DNA of 64,000 nucleotides from an uncultured Chlamydiae bacterium (GTDB lineage Bacteria; Chlamydiota; Chlamydiia; Chlamydiales; SM23-39): NCBI GenBank assembly GCA_903893545.1, contig CAITMJ010000034.1, positions 14,315 to 78,314 of the forward strand, read 5' to 3'. Shown piece by piece: positions 1 to 9,044 of this stretch (position 1 is its first letter; each line of letters starts with the position of its first letter). The notes under the pieces were generated by a model. It saw only the letters and a program-made list of their open reading frames with translations, ran no database searches and was not told where the DNA came from. The position numbers and the translations under genes were made by a program.

Positions 1-113
1 AAGCTTTTATGCAGGCGAAAATAGGTCGATAAAGAAAAGTCTAACGGCTTTGCAGAGCCGTGCCATTCTTTTAAAAAGGCGAGAATGTGTGTGTCGCAAA
101 AGGATTGTTTCAT
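1..113 (-). CDS. unidentified gene, 5' end only (runs off the left edge)
   Basis: ATG at 113-111 (minus) opens a frame with no stop down to base 1: MKQSFCDTHILAFLKEWHGSAKPLDFSLSTYFRLHKS. It is absent from the track because it is open-ended. Divergent from the DoxX-like gene. No family recognisable from 37 residues. Confidence 0.3.
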   Translation of the reverse strand, partial: MKQSFCDTHILAFLKEWHGSAKPLDFSLSTYFRLHKS

Positions 114-182
114 TCGTCATCGATTTTACTTGTAATCGCATTCAAATTCTAGGAAAATATTCTTTTTAGAGAAAGAGGTTCC

Positions 183-665
183 ATGATGCGATCATCAGCC
201 GCTGTGCTTGCGAGGTTTTTACTGAGCGCTGTCTTTTTAGCTGGAGGAGTGAATAAACTTTTTCATTGGCGGGAGACGGAAAACCAGCTCATGGGAGTTT
301 TGAGCAATTGGCAATCTTTTTTAAGTTTTTCAGAAACGGCTCAAAATCTTTTTACCTCTGTGATTCTCTTTACGCCTGTGCTCCTCATCGTAGCTACGAT
401 TCTCGAGCTTGTCGGCGCTCTTTTACTCTTACTCGGGATCAAAGAAAAAGTGGGAGCTGCGCTCCTTATCGCAATGCTTGTCCCTGTGACCATTCTCTAT
501 CATCAATTCTGGTTCGTCGAAGCCATAGCCAAAGAACTTCAGCAAACGATGTTTTTAAAAAATTTAGCGATTATAGGTGGGCTGATTATGGTTCTTTTGC
601 ATGGAGGAGATACTTCGTCTAAGCGGGATGGAGGTTCTTCTGGTGGTGCTTACAAGTTTCAGTAA
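183..665 (+). CDS. DoxX-family small integral membrane protein
   Basis: 160 aa with about four hydrophobic helices. The N-terminal LARFLLSAVFLAGGVNKLFHW resembles the DoxX first helix. AAGAGG lies 4 nt upstream of the ATG. Confidence 0.6.
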   Translation: MMRSSAAVLARFLLSAVFLAGGVNKLFHWRETENQLMGVLSNWQSFLSFSETAQNLFTSVILFTPVLLIVATILELVGALLLLLGIKEKVGAALLIAMLVPVTILYHQFWFVEAIAKELQQTMFLKNLAIIGGLIMVLLHGGDTSSKRDGGSSGGAYKFQ

Positions 666-2283
666 AGTAGCTCTCAGCTTTTTCATCGTCGCTCTCGGAA
701 GTCCAACGCTCAGCCCTGTGCTTAGCGCAGTGGCTGCTTCTTTAGGTTATGCCATTTTTTGGATGGCCGCTCTTGAGCTCCCCCAAAAGAAACGGTTTTG
801 GCTCTCCCTTGCTTGGTTTGCCGGCGTTCAGGCGATTCAGCTCAGTTGGATGACCTCAATGGTCTACTTTGGGCCAGCCATTCTGATCATCTATTTTTTA
901 TTGCTCGTCGGGTTGGGATTGCAGTTTGCCTTTATGACCGGGTGTTTAAGTCTTCCGTTAAAGTGGAACAATATCTCAGCATTGGCCGGTTTTTGGGTGT
1001 TAATGGAGTGGGTCCGCTTATTTCTTCTCACCGGATTTACATGGAATCCAGTCGGTCTGACGCTTGCCGCCAATAGCCTATCGATCCAATTTGCCGCTCT
1101 TTTTGGGGTGTATGGCCTTTGTTTTTGGGTTATGTGGGTCAACCTTTTTGCGCTAAAAGCCTTGTTGGAAAGAGGCCGCAAGCAGTGGACGGTCTGGCTG
1201 GCTTTTGCCCTCCTACCTTATGGCTATGGCGCAGTCCAAAAGGCGTTTTTAGAGCCCTATCTAAAGGAGGATCGACAAATAGAAGTGGCCCTCATTCAAA
1301 CGGGGATGCGTCCAGAGCAGCGCGACCGGTTAAAAGAGAGAAACGATGCGCATATTCATCCGCTTATGCAATGGCGCCAAGTCCTTTCTCATTTGACGCG
1401 CACAAATTCGACGCGATTCGATTTGATCGTTTTCCCGGAAGGAGCGCTCCCGGGTGGAGCGAGGAGCGCCGGTTACACACTTGCATCTATGCAAGAGGTT
1501 TGGTGTGAAGTTTTTGGCAGTGGAGCGGAAGTTGATTTTCCCCCAATGAGAATGCCGTTTGCGAAAGAAGTGGGAGAGGGGACATGGAGGGTGACGAATT
1601 CTTTTTGGGCCCAGAGTTTGGCCAATCACTATGGAGCTGAGGTCATTATCGGCCTTGACGATGGAGAAAATGGCAAACACTTCAATGCGGCTTTCCATTT
1701 TAAGCCTAGAATAAATGAGATCTCTCGCTATGAAAAACAGATCTTAATCCCAGGAGGGGAATACATCCCTCTTGAAGGTTGGAAATGGCTCGATGAGCTT
1801 TTTGCGAAAGAATTCGGCATTGAATCCTCTTTCCAAGCAGGACAAAAGGCAAAGGTCTTTTCCGGCGCATTTCCAATTGGGATCTTTATTTGTTTAGAAG
1901 AGACTTATAGCAAGCTCGTCCGAGAGGTTCGGCAAGGCGGCGCTCAAATTTTCGTCAATATCGCCAATGACGTCTGGTTTCCAAAGACTCGGCTCCCTTG
2001 GCACCATTTCGACCACGGCCGCATTCGCGCTGCAGAAAACGGGATGCCCCTGCTTCGCGCGTGCAATACCGGCGTAACGGCGGCGGTCGATTGTTTTGGC
2101 TCTGCAATTGAAATTTTTCCTGTTTCGGAAGAGGCGGCCGGAGCTCTTGTCGTCAAAGTGCCTCTTAGCTCTTATTCAACACTTTATACATTTATCGGAG
2201 ACCTTCCCGTGGTCTTGGCGAGCAGTATATTTTTTTCTTTTTTTGCGTTCGGACGCTGGATTAAGAAGAAAAAGTTGCCCTAA
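601..2283 (+). CDS. lnt: apolipoprotein N-acyltransferase
   Basis: Multi-TM N-terminal half followed by a CN-hydrolase domain (DLIVFPEGALPG, IFICLEETY, RAAENGMPLLRACNTG). Sits upstream of lpxC as in chlamydiae. The start is uncertain: 601 overlaps the previous ORF by 65 nt, and ATG 628 is an alternative. Confidence 0.85.
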   Translation: MEEILRLSGMEVLLVVLTSFSKVALSFFIVALGSPTLSPVLSAVAASLGYAIFWMAALELPQKKRFWLSLAWFAGVQAIQLSWMTSMVYFGPAILIIYFLLLVGLGLQFAFMTGCLSLPLKWNNISALAGFWVLMEWVRLFLLTGFTWNPVGLTLAANSLSIQFAALFGVYGLCFWVMWVNLFALKALLERGRKQWTVWLAFALLPYGYGAVQKAFLEPYLKEDRQIEVALIQTGMRPEQRDRLKERNDAHIHPLMQWRQVLSHLTRTNSTRFDLIVFPEGALPGGARSAGYTLASMQEVWCEVFGSGAEVDFPPMRMPFAKEVGEGTWRVTNSFWAQSLANHYGAEVIIGLDDGENGKHFNAAFHFKPRINEISRYEKQILIPGGEYIPLEGWKWLDELFAKEFGIESSFQAGQKAKVFSGAFPIGIFICLEETYSKLVREVRQGGAQIFVNIANDVWFPKTRLPWHHFDHGRIRAAENGMPLLRACNTGVTAAVDCFGSAIEIFPVSEEAAGALVVKVPLSSYSTLYTFIGDLPVVLASSIFFSFFAFGRWIKKKKLP

Positions 2284-2343
2284 TATAGGGCTCTCGATTA
2301 CCTTTTCTGTAGTTTTATCCGCAAGAATCATGGTCTTTTATCA

Positions 2344-3213
2344 ATGGCAATCGAGAGGAGCGAGTTGACAGGCCCCGTCTCATTGCAAAAAACACTCCAA
2401 GCGCCCGTAGAATTTGCCGGTATTGGCCTTTTTACAGGAATTCATTCACAGGTTCGTTTGGTTCCTGCTCCGCAGGATACTGGAATTATTTTTCAGCGAA
2501 CTGATTTGTTTGGTAGTCCTGAAATTCCTGCATCGCTGGAATTTGTCTCTGAAACCCCCCGCTGTACTTGTTTGGGGACTAAACCAGCATCTGTGCAAAT
2601 GGTCGAACATCTCCTCTCTGCCCTCTCTGGCCTTGGGATCGATAACCTTCGCATCGAAGTAAAAGGGCCAGAAATCCCCGCTGGAGATGGAAGCGCTCTC
2701 GCTTATGTGCGGATGATCGATCGCGTCGGAATCCAAACCTTAAACGCTCCGAAAAAAATTCTCCGCATCGAAGAGCCCATCTATTGGTCAGAAGGCAATA
2801 TCCAGCTCATCGCATTGCCCAGCCCAGAATTTAGAATTAGCTACACGCTCCATTATCCCCAATCTCCCGTCATCCGGTCCCAATTTTATACCTATGCAGA
2901 TCGGTATCGAGAGGAAATAGCTCCATGCAGGACATTTTCTTTGTATGAAGAAATTGCACCCTTCATTGAAAAGGGGCTTATTAAAGGGGGAGGGCTCGAT
3001 AATGCTCTTGTGATTCAGGGAGATAAAATTTTGAATCCCGAAGGGGCTCGGTTTCCGGACGAAATGGTCCGGCATAAAATCCTCGATTTAATTGGAGATC
3101 TTTCATTGCTTGGAATTTGCATTCAAGGGCACATTCTATCCGTTCGCTCAGGGCATGCTGCCAACATTGCGTTCGCCAAATTATTAAGGAATCAAGGAGT
3201 ATGTTGTAAATGA
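2344..3213 (+). CDS. lpxC: UDP-3-O-acyl-N-acetylglucosamine deacetylase
   Basis: 289 aa. QKTLQAPVEFAGIGLFTGIHSQVRLVPAPQDTGIIFQRTDL is a typical LpxC N-terminus; HKILDLIGDL and GHAAN motifs are present. 4-nt overlap with fabZ. Confidence 0.92.
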   Translation: MAIERSELTGPVSLQKTLQAPVEFAGIGLFTGIHSQVRLVPAPQDTGIIFQRTDLFGSPEIPASLEFVSETPRCTCLGTKPASVQMVEHLLSALSGLGIDNLRIEVKGPEIPAGDGSALAYVRMIDRVGIQTLNAPKKILRIEEPIYWSEGNIQLIALPSPEFRISYTLHYPQSPVIRSQFYTYADRYREEIAPCRTFSLYEEIAPFIEKGLIKGGGLDNALVIQGDKILNPEGARFPDEMVRHKILDLIGDLSLLGICIQGHILSVRSGHAANIAFAKLLRNQGVCCK

Positions 3214-3665
3214 ACGGAAACACTGTGGTGCTTTCTACGAAGGAAGTCCAAAAAATATTGCCCCACCGCTATCCTTTCCTGTTGGTTGATCGCGTCATCC
3301 ATATCGATTTGGAAGCAAATGAAATTATTTGTGTGAAAAACGTAACGGTCAATGAGCCTTTTTTCCAAGGCCATTTTCCGGGAGCGCCGATCATGCCCGG
3401 AGTACTGATTTTAGAAGCGCTTGCGCAAGCGGGCGGAATCCTCGTGCATCAAAAAGGATACGACAAAAAAATAGCCGTCCTGTTGAATATAACTGGAGCG
3501 AAGTTTCGTCGACCTGTGACGCCCGGGGATGTTTTGCATCTCCATGCAAAAGGGTTACATATCAGCGGAAACGGAGGAAAAATTCAGGCAAAAGCGATGA
3601 TCGGAGAACAGATCGCCGCGGAAGCTGAATTGAGTTTCGCAATGGTCGATAAAGAAAAATTATAG
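3210..3665 (+). CDS. fabZ: 3-hydroxyacyl-ACP dehydratase
   Basis: 151 aa with [14 protein letters not shown] and [23 protein letters not shown] hot-dog motifs. Confidence 0.95.
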   Translation: MNGNTVVLSTKEVQKILPHRYPFLLVDRVIHIDLEANEIICVKNVTVNEPFFQGHFPGAPIMPGVLILEALAQAGGILVHQKGYDKKIAVLLNITGAKFRRPVTPGDVLHLHAKGLHISGNGGKIQAKAMIGEQIAAEAELSFAMVDKEKL

Positions 3666-3694
3666 ATAAATCCTGCAAAGAGAATCGAGAACGC

Positions 3695-4534
3695 ATGTCT
3701 AATTCCAATATCCACCCTCTCGCCATTGTCGAGCCAGGAGCAAAGATCGGCAAAAATGTCACTATCGAGCCCTTCGCAGTCATCAAGGGAACGGTTACAC
3801 TTGAAGATAACGTCACCATCAAATCTCACGCCTATATCGATGGGCATACGAGCATTGGCGAAGGGACGATTATATGGCCAGGTGCAAGCATCGGCACCAA
3901 GACTCAAGATCTCAAATTTCGCGGTGAAAGAACCTATGTCGTCATCGGCAAACATTGTGAAATTCGGGAATTTGTCACCATCAACTCCTCTTGCCAAGAA
4001 AACTCTGTTGTAAAGATCGGCGACCACTGTTTGATCATGGCCTACTGCCATGTAGCGCATAATTGCGAAATCGGAAATCGAGTGATCATGTCCAACAGCG
4101 CCATGCTCGCTGGTCACGTCATCGTCGAAGATTACGCCATCATCGGCGGAATGACCCCCGTGCATCAATTTTCCCGCATAGGCAAACACGCCATGGTCGG
4201 AGGCTTTAGCCGCGTGCCCCGCGATATCCCCCCCTTCACAGTCGGAGGCGGCTTTCCCTATAAATTCGGCGGCATCAACATCATCGGCCTCAAACGGCAT
4301 AAATTCCCCCTTGAAGTGCGCATTGCCCTCTCAAAAGCCTTTAAAATTACCTATCGAGCAGGTCATCACCTCGAAGAAGCCTTACAGCAAATCGAAAAAG
4401 AGATTGAGCCCTTCCAGGAAGTGAAGCACTGGATCGATTTTTGCCGAACCTCTAAACGTGGACTCATCGGTCTTGAAGGGGTGGCCGCCAAAGGCGACCA
4501 CGACGAAGAGACTCAAGAGTTCTTTGAAGAATAG
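3695..4534 (+). CDS. lpxA: acyl-ACP--UDP-GlcNAc O-acyltransferase
   Basis: 279 aa. [25 protein letters not shown] hexapeptide repeats and [10 protein letters not shown]. Gene order lpxC-fabZ-lpxA. Confidence 0.95.
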   Translation: MSNSNIHPLAIVEPGAKIGKNVTIEPFAVIKGTVTLEDNVTIKSHAYIDGHTSIGEGTIIWPGASIGTKTQDLKFRGERTYVVIGKHCEIREFVTINSSCQENSVVKIGDHCLIMAYCHVAHNCEIGNRVIMSNSAMLAGHVIVEDYAIIGGMTPVHQFSRIGKHAMVGGFSRVPRDIPPFTVGGGFPYKFGGINIIGLKRHKFPLEVRIALSKAFKITYRAGHHLEEALQQIEKEIEPFQEVKHWIDFCRTSKRGLIGLEGVAAKGDHDEETQEFFEE

Positions 4535-4698
4535 ACCCCTTTCGTAACTTAGGGTTCGTCGATTTTCTGGATTCTTTTGGCCGATTTTCGATTTAAAATG
4601 AGTGGGCTATATTGGCTGAATATTGCCCACTCATTTTAAATCGAAAAGCGGCTCAAAAGAACCCGAAAATCGACTGAACCTATCTTACGAAAGAGGTC
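4534..4698. repeat. long imperfect palindrome (two about 74-nt arms, 17-nt loop) filling the lpxA-fmt spacer
   Basis: Arm 4534-4607 (GACCCCTTTCGTAAC...GATTTAAAATGAGTGGGC) is the reverse complement of arm 4625-4698 (GCCCACTCATTTTAAATC...TTACGAAAGAGGTC). The inner about 24 bp are perfect and the outer parts are imperfect with one small indel. It begins at the last base of the lpxA stop and ends 5 nt before the fmt ATG. Confidence 0.85.
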
Positions 4699-4703
4699 TA
4701 GTA

Positions 4704-5612
4704 ATGCGAATCGTATTTTTTGGGACTCCTCACTTTGCCGCAGAGGTCCTCGATTCTCTGATTGAGAGCGGCGTAGAGATTGCGGCGATCGTTTCCCAGC
4801 CCGACCGCCCGAAAGGGCGCTCTCTTCAAATCTCTCCAACTCCTGTAAAAGAAGTGGCGGCTAAAAAGGCGCCCTTCATCCCTATCTTCCAGCCTGAAAA
4901 ATCCTCCAATCCCGAATTCTTAGAAGAGCTAAAAAAGCTGCAGGCAGATCTCTATGTCGTCGTCGCATTCGGGCAAATCTTGCCCCAAAAATTATTGGAC
5001 ATTCCGCGTCTCGGATGCATCAACGTTCACGCAAGTCTTTTGCCGAAATATCGAGGGGCTGCTCCGATTCAAAGATCCCTTTTACAGGGAGACAAAGAAA
5101 CCGGTATCGCCATTCAAAAGATGGTCAAAGAGCTCGATGCGGGCGACGTTCTTCGAGTCGAGAAAATCCCCATCCCAGAAGAGATGACCTATGGAGAGCT
5201 AGAAAAGGCGCTTTGCGACCTGTCCAAGCCGCTTCTTCTCTCTCTTCTTCAAGAAGGGCTCCCCCAAGGCGCTCCACAAAACCCCTTGCACGTGACCTAC
5301 GCTCCTAAAGTTTCTCCTGAAGAAGCTGAAATTAAATGGGAGAAAGACGCCATTTCCCTACACAACCAAATTCGAGCCTTCAACCCGCGCCCTGGCGCTT
5401 GGTGCTGGGTTGAATGGAATGGCGAGAAAAAACGATTAAAAATTTTACGTGCAAAAGTACACACCGCAGATACCCGTTCTAACAAAGATTTGATTGTCGA
5501 CTGCGGCCGTGGCTCTCTTTGCCTCTTAGAAGTGCAAATGGAAGGCAAGCCCCGCATGCAAGCGGCCGATTGGCTCCGCGGGGCAAAAATTCCCCCAAAA
5601 TTCCTCAACTAA
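4704..5612 (+). CDS. fmt: methionyl-tRNA formyltransferase
   Basis: MRIVFFGTPHFAAEVLDSL, INVHASLLPKYRGAAPIQ. I use ATG 4704 because the TTG 4623 extension in the track lies inside the palindrome arm. Confidence 0.9.
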   Translation: MRIVFFGTPHFAAEVLDSLIESGVEIAAIVSQPDRPKGRSLQISPTPVKEVAAKKAPFIPIFQPEKSSNPEFLEELKKLQADLYVVVAFGQILPQKLLDIPRLGCINVHASLLPKYRGAAPIQRSLLQGDKETGIAIQKMVKELDAGDVLRVEKIPIPEEMTYGELEKALCDLSKPLLLSLLQEGLPQGAPQNPLHVTYAPKVSPEEAEIKWEKDAISLHNQIRAFNPRPGAWCWVEWNGEKKRLKILRAKVHTADTRSNKDLIVDCGRGSLCLLEVQMEGKPRMQAADWLRGAKIPPKFLN

Positions 5613-5626
5613 ATATTTTTCTACTC

Positions 5627-5656
5627 TTTACATCAAAGATACTCCAGGTTTATACT
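5627..5656 (+). promoter_or_regulatory. candidate sigma-70/66-type promoter
   Basis: TTTACA (5627-5632), 18-nt spacer, TATACT (5651-5656), 34 nt upstream of ATG 5690. Pattern match only. Confidence 0.3.
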
Positions 5657-5689
5657 CTAGGCGCATTTTTAAGGTAAGGCAGGTAAAAC

Positions 5690-6550
5690 ATGGCAAATTC
5701 AATTTCAATTTCGATTCACAACATTCCTCACACGATACCTTTGCATGTAGATAAAGAAGAAAGTATCTTCCAACAAATCAAGAGCTGGTTAGGGTCCGCT
5801 TGTGGCGCGTACCAGTTTACAGCGCTGATCGGGAAGGTTGGGGCTTTAGCGGCAAACGTAGCAGAGCGAGTAAATTCTGTTGCTACAGAGACGTTTAAGC
5901 AGGTCTCTAGCGTCTTCGGCAAGGCCGCTGGGGGAATGACCTTTGCAACTAGCGCGTATGCTATTTGCGATACGGGAGATCAGTTTGCTAAAGTTCTTGA
6001 AAAGGGAGCTGGCGAAGGAAGAGGTCTTGAGGCTGGTCGAAGAGTTTTGGATTTAACGGAATCCATGAGTTATTCGGTGATGGCCCTCGCGCCGGATATC
6101 GAATCTCTAGGGCCGGTTGCGTCCGTCGCAGGACTTGGCGTGCAGTCGATCTCTGCTTTCCAAGCATACGAGAATATTGCAAAAGTAGACGTTCTACTTC
6201 CTACCGTCCAATCTGAAGAAGTTAAAGGCGCTTTATACGAAGAGAAAACGTTTCAACTCTTATCGATCGTTAAAGCTGTTGCTGCCGTTGCAACTGGGGT
6301 CATTGCTCTTGTGGGCACAATGGTTGGAGCTGCTCTCTTGCCTCCAATCGTATCGCTCTCAATTGGCGTCGCTCTCTCTATTCTCGGAGTTGTTAAACAT
6401 TTCTATAAAGAAAATATGACTTACGAGCCGATGAGTAAATGGAAACCGGCTGAAGAGAAAGCAGATGGGCAAGATCCATTAGCAGGCTCAGTAGCAGAGC
6501 AGGTAGTAGATCTGGTGAATATTGCTGTAAACGTCGTTGTATCTCCGTAA
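5690..6550 (+). CDS. hypothetical membrane protein; Inc-like bilobed hydrophobic domain near the C-terminus; in the CT529/Cap1 position
   Basis: 286 aa with no Sec signal. A roughly 50-residue two-lobed hydrophobic stretch LLSIVKAVAAVATGVIALVGTMVGAALLPPIVSLSIGVALSILGVV. Located between fmt and rplC. Confidence 0.5.
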   Translation: MANSISISIHNIPHTIPLHVDKEESIFQQIKSWLGSACGAYQFTALIGKVGALAANVAERVNSVATETFKQVSSVFGKAAGGMTFATSAYAICDTGDQFAKVLEKGAGEGRGLEAGRRVLDLTESMSYSVMALAPDIESLGPVASVAGLGVQSISAFQAYENIAKVDVLLPTVQSEEVKGALYEEKTFQLLSIVKAVAAVATGVIALVGTMVGAALLPPIVSLSIGVALSILGVVKHFYKENMTYEPMSKWKPAEEKADGQDPLAGSVAEQVVDLVNIAVNVVVSP

Positions 6551-6563
6551 CTAAAGTCCTTTG

Positions 6564-6586
6564 AGGCGCCAAATAACTTGGCGCCT
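6564..6586 (+). terminator. hairpin after the Cap1-position gene
   Basis: AGGCGCCAA-ataac-TTGGCGCCT followed by a T-rich run (tcttct). Confidence 0.5.
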
Positions 6587-6592
6587 TCTTCT

Positions 6593-7129
6593 ATGATTCA
6601 AAAAATTGTTTATCGTCTTCGCGCTTCTGAATGGTTCGTTACAGGAGGCCTTTTTCTTTTCCTGTTTTCTCTCTTCCTCATTGCAAAAATCAAAACAGCC
6701 CAAGTGGGGCCTTTTAGAGAACATAAAATAGTGCTTGTCGATGTGGCCATTCAAGGGCACGTCAAGCGCTGCGGCACCTATTCCGTAGAGAGGGGAATGC
6801 CGATTGGCGCAGTGTTGCGAAAAGCGGCTCCAAAGAAATTTGCCGATTTGCGGGCCATTTCATTGAAAAGTCCGATTACAGCTCCGCTAGAGCTTAAGAT
6901 CGAATGTTTAAAAAATTTGCTGATCCGGATCGAAGGGGCAGTGCAAAATCCTGGAACGATCCAAGTTCTTCCAGGGACGAGGATCTTAGATCTTCGGAAA
7001 ATAGTCCCTCTTTCGAGAGAGGCCGACCTTACTTTTTTTAAGAAAAGGCACGTTCTAGAGGATGGAGAAACGGTCTTTATACCAGAGAAAAACAGTTCCT
7101 CTTGCAGGAAATCACGAGAGAAGCTATGA
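6593..7129 (+). CDS. SLBB-domain protein (ComEA N-terminal-like), membrane anchored
   Basis: N-terminal TM helix (FVTGGLFLFLFSLFLIA) and two beta-grasp SLBB-like units (VAIQGHVKRCGTYSVERGMPIGAVLRKA; IEGAVQNPGTIQVLPGTRILDL). No HhH motif seen. I prefer ATG 6593 because TTG 6578 lies inside the upstream hairpin. Confidence 0.5.
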   Translation: MIQKIVYRLRASEWFVTGGLFLFLFSLFLIAKIKTAQVGPFREHKIVLVDVAIQGHVKRCGTYSVERGMPIGAVLRKAAPKKFADLRAISLKSPITAPLELKIECLKNLLIRIEGAVQNPGTIQVLPGTRILDLRKIVPLSREADLTFFKKRHVLEDGETVFIPEKNSSSCRKSREKL

Positions 7130-7390
7130 TCCTTCCCTGGATATATAAATATTCTCGTTCGAAAGGACGATCCCCGATTCACGTATGCCACCTGTCGAGC
7201 CTGGTTTACTAGGTTTGGCCGGTTAAGCGCGGTAGCGAAGAAGAAGAGACTTGAGAGAAATTCAAAAGTCGCATATTCTCTTCGCTTAATCTTTTGAGAG
7301 TCTTCAATGGCTCTTCTAAGGCAACCTCAGCAGCATGCTAAAGCGAAACGGGCTTGCGTAATGAAGTCAAACTATGGAAAAGGAACACGT

Positions 7391-8026
7391 ATGTCGCTGA
7401 CATTGATTGGCCAGAAAAAAGGGATGGCGCAGGTCTTTGATCAAGACGGGAAAATGATCGTTTGCACAGTGATATTAGCTGAGCCAAACACCATTCTCGA
7501 GATCAAGCGAAAAGAGACGCATGGCTATGACGGAATTCAACTGAGCGGCCTTCGCATGACGACGCCACAGGCAAAAAGAGCAAAAAAGCCGATCAAAGGC
7601 CATTTTGCAAAAGCCAATGTGGAGCCATGCCGGGTCATTCGAGAATCTCGCATTGAAAATGTAGATCAATACCAAATCGGACAGCAAATCGACACAAGCA
7701 TCTTTGCCGATGTCAAATTTGTCGATGTTGAAGCAATCTCAAAAGGGAAAGGCTTTCAGGGCGTCATTAAATTGCACCGCATGTCTGGCGGCCCTGCTGC
7801 TCACGGATCTGGATTTCACAGACACATGGGATCGACTGGTATGAGGTCAACTCCCGGACGTTGCTTCCCAGGTGGAAAGCGTCCGTCAAGAATGGGCGGA
7901 GATAAGAAGACCGTTCAAAATTTAAGAGTCGTCGCAATAAAAGGTAACGTTCTTCTCGTTGAAGGCGCGGTACCTGGAGCTCGAAGCGGCACTGTTTACA
8001 TTCGTAAATCAATCAAGTGCGGATAA
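7391..8026 (+). CDS. rplC: 50S ribosomal protein L3
   Basis: MSLTLIGQKKGMAQVFDQDGK is an L3 N-terminus. AAGGA lies 6-7 nt upstream of ATG 7391. The first 28 codons of the track ORF are judged spurious. Confidence 0.95.
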   Translation: MSLTLIGQKKGMAQVFDQDGKMIVCTVILAEPNTILEIKRKETHGYDGIQLSGLRMTTPQAKRAKKPIKGHFAKANVEPCRVIRESRIENVDQYQIGQQIDTSIFADVKFVDVEAISKGKGFQGVIKLHRMSGGPAAHGSGFHRHMGSTGMRSTPGRCFPGGKRPSRMGGDKKTVQNLRVVAIKGNVLLVEGAVPGARSGTVYIRKSIKCG

Positions 8027-8037
8027 GGGAGAACTCT

Positions 8038-8682
8038 GTGGCAACGCTCAAAAAATTCAATCTCACTGGAAAAGAAGTCGGATCTCATCAGATTGACGAT
8101 GCACTCTTGGAAGTGTCAGCACACTCCCAATCGATGAAAGACTACATTGTCGCTATTCGAAACAATGCTCGGCAGTGGTCTGCATCTACAAAACGACGAT
8201 CTGAAGTCAATCACACCGGTAGAAAACCTCACCCGCAAAAAGGGCAAGGCCGTTCTAGACAAGGGGACTTAGCTGCTCCGCACTACAAAGGCGGCGCTGT
8301 TGTATGGGGCCCTCGTCCAAAAGACGTCCATACCCGAATCAACAAGAAAGAGCGGCGCGCAGCCATTCGCTTCTTGATTGCGGAAAAAATTAAAAATAAT
8401 CATGTTCGCGTCCTTCAAAAAGAAGAGATGAGCGAACCGAAGACGAAAGCGATGGTGAAATTTCTCGAGAAGTTGGCATTGAAAGATCGCCGCATTCTCA
8501 TGATCGGAAGCGCTGCAGAAGCGAACGATCCATCTCGCGTAAATCTTGCAAAAAGTCTGCGCAATATTTCCAAAAAGGAATATTTGCCGCTGACACAGGT
8601 CAATGGATACGAGTTGGCAAGATCCCAAGAAATTGTGATTCTTGAGTCGGCCATGGAAGAACTTATTTCTCTACTCGGTTAA
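8038..8682 (+). CDS. rplD: 50S ribosomal protein L4
   Basis: VATLKKFNLTGKEVG..., GRKPHPQKGQGRSRQG. GTG 8038 is preceded by AAGGGA. Operon order. Confidence 0.93.
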   Translation: MATLKKFNLTGKEVGSHQIDDALLEVSAHSQSMKDYIVAIRNNARQWSASTKRRSEVNHTGRKPHPQKGQGRSRQGDLAAPHYKGGAVVWGPRPKDVHTRINKKERRAAIRFLIAEKIKNNHVRVLQKEEMSEPKTKAMVKFLEKLALKDRRILMIGSAAEANDPSRVNLAKSLRNISKKEYLPLTQVNGYELARSQEIVILESAMEELISLLG

Positions 8683-8696
8683 GATAGGAAAGCCAT

Positions 8697-9029
8697 ATGA
8701 AGAATCCTTACGAGATCGTTAAAGCGCGGCGAGTGACAGAAAAAAGCCGTGTTTTGGAAAACCTCCAAAACGCGACTGGCAGTCTCTCCTTGAACCGTTG
8801 CAAGACGCCAAAAGCAGTATTTGAAGTAGATATGAAAGCGAATAAAGCCCAAATCAAAGAGGCGATCGAAGAAATCTACGCTGAAAAAAAAGTAAAAGTT
8901 GTCTCTGTAAATACCATCACCATGCCAGTTAAGTGGAGAAAGGTACGAGGACACATGGGCAAAACAGCGCGTCTCAAAAAGGCCGTTGTGAGCTTCCGTC
9001 CTGGAGATGCAATCGATGAGAAAGCGTAA
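8697..9029 (+). CDS. rplW: 50S ribosomal protein L23
   Basis: 110 aa. AVFEVDMKANKAQIKEAIEEIY is a typical L23 core. Position between L4 and L2. Confidence 0.93.
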   Translation: MKNPYEIVKARRVTEKSRVLENLQNATGSLSLNRCKTPKAVFEVDMKANKAQIKEAIEEIYAEKKVKVVSVNTITMPVKWRKVRGHMGKTARLKKAVVSFRPGDAIDEKA

Positions 9030-9044
9030 AGGGACTTAAAAGAT

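Noticed and set aside
266-622. 118-aa alternative + frame ORF inside the DoxX-like gene
   Set aside because: It lies wholly within the better-supported membrane-protein frame, and its translation is Arg/Ser-rich without features.
4623-4703. TTG-initiated 27-codon N-terminal extension of fmt in the track
   Set aside because: The extension lies entirely within the right arm of the 165-bp palindrome. The canonical Fmt N-terminus MRIVFFGTP starts at ATG 4704.
7307-7390. 28-codon N-terminal extension of rplC
   Set aside because: The L3 consensus N-terminus begins at ATG 7391, which has its own AAGGA RBS. The extension (MALLRQPQQHAKAKRACV...) has no counterpart in L3.
7130-7390. 260-nt spacer upstream of rplC examined for an r-protein autoregulatory leader or small RNA (partial stem AGCGAAGA...TCTTCGCT around 7222-7277)
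   Set aside because: Only a short imperfect stem, and no recognisable L4/S10-leader-like structure. It may simply be the terminator of the upstream SLBB gene plus the operon promoter.
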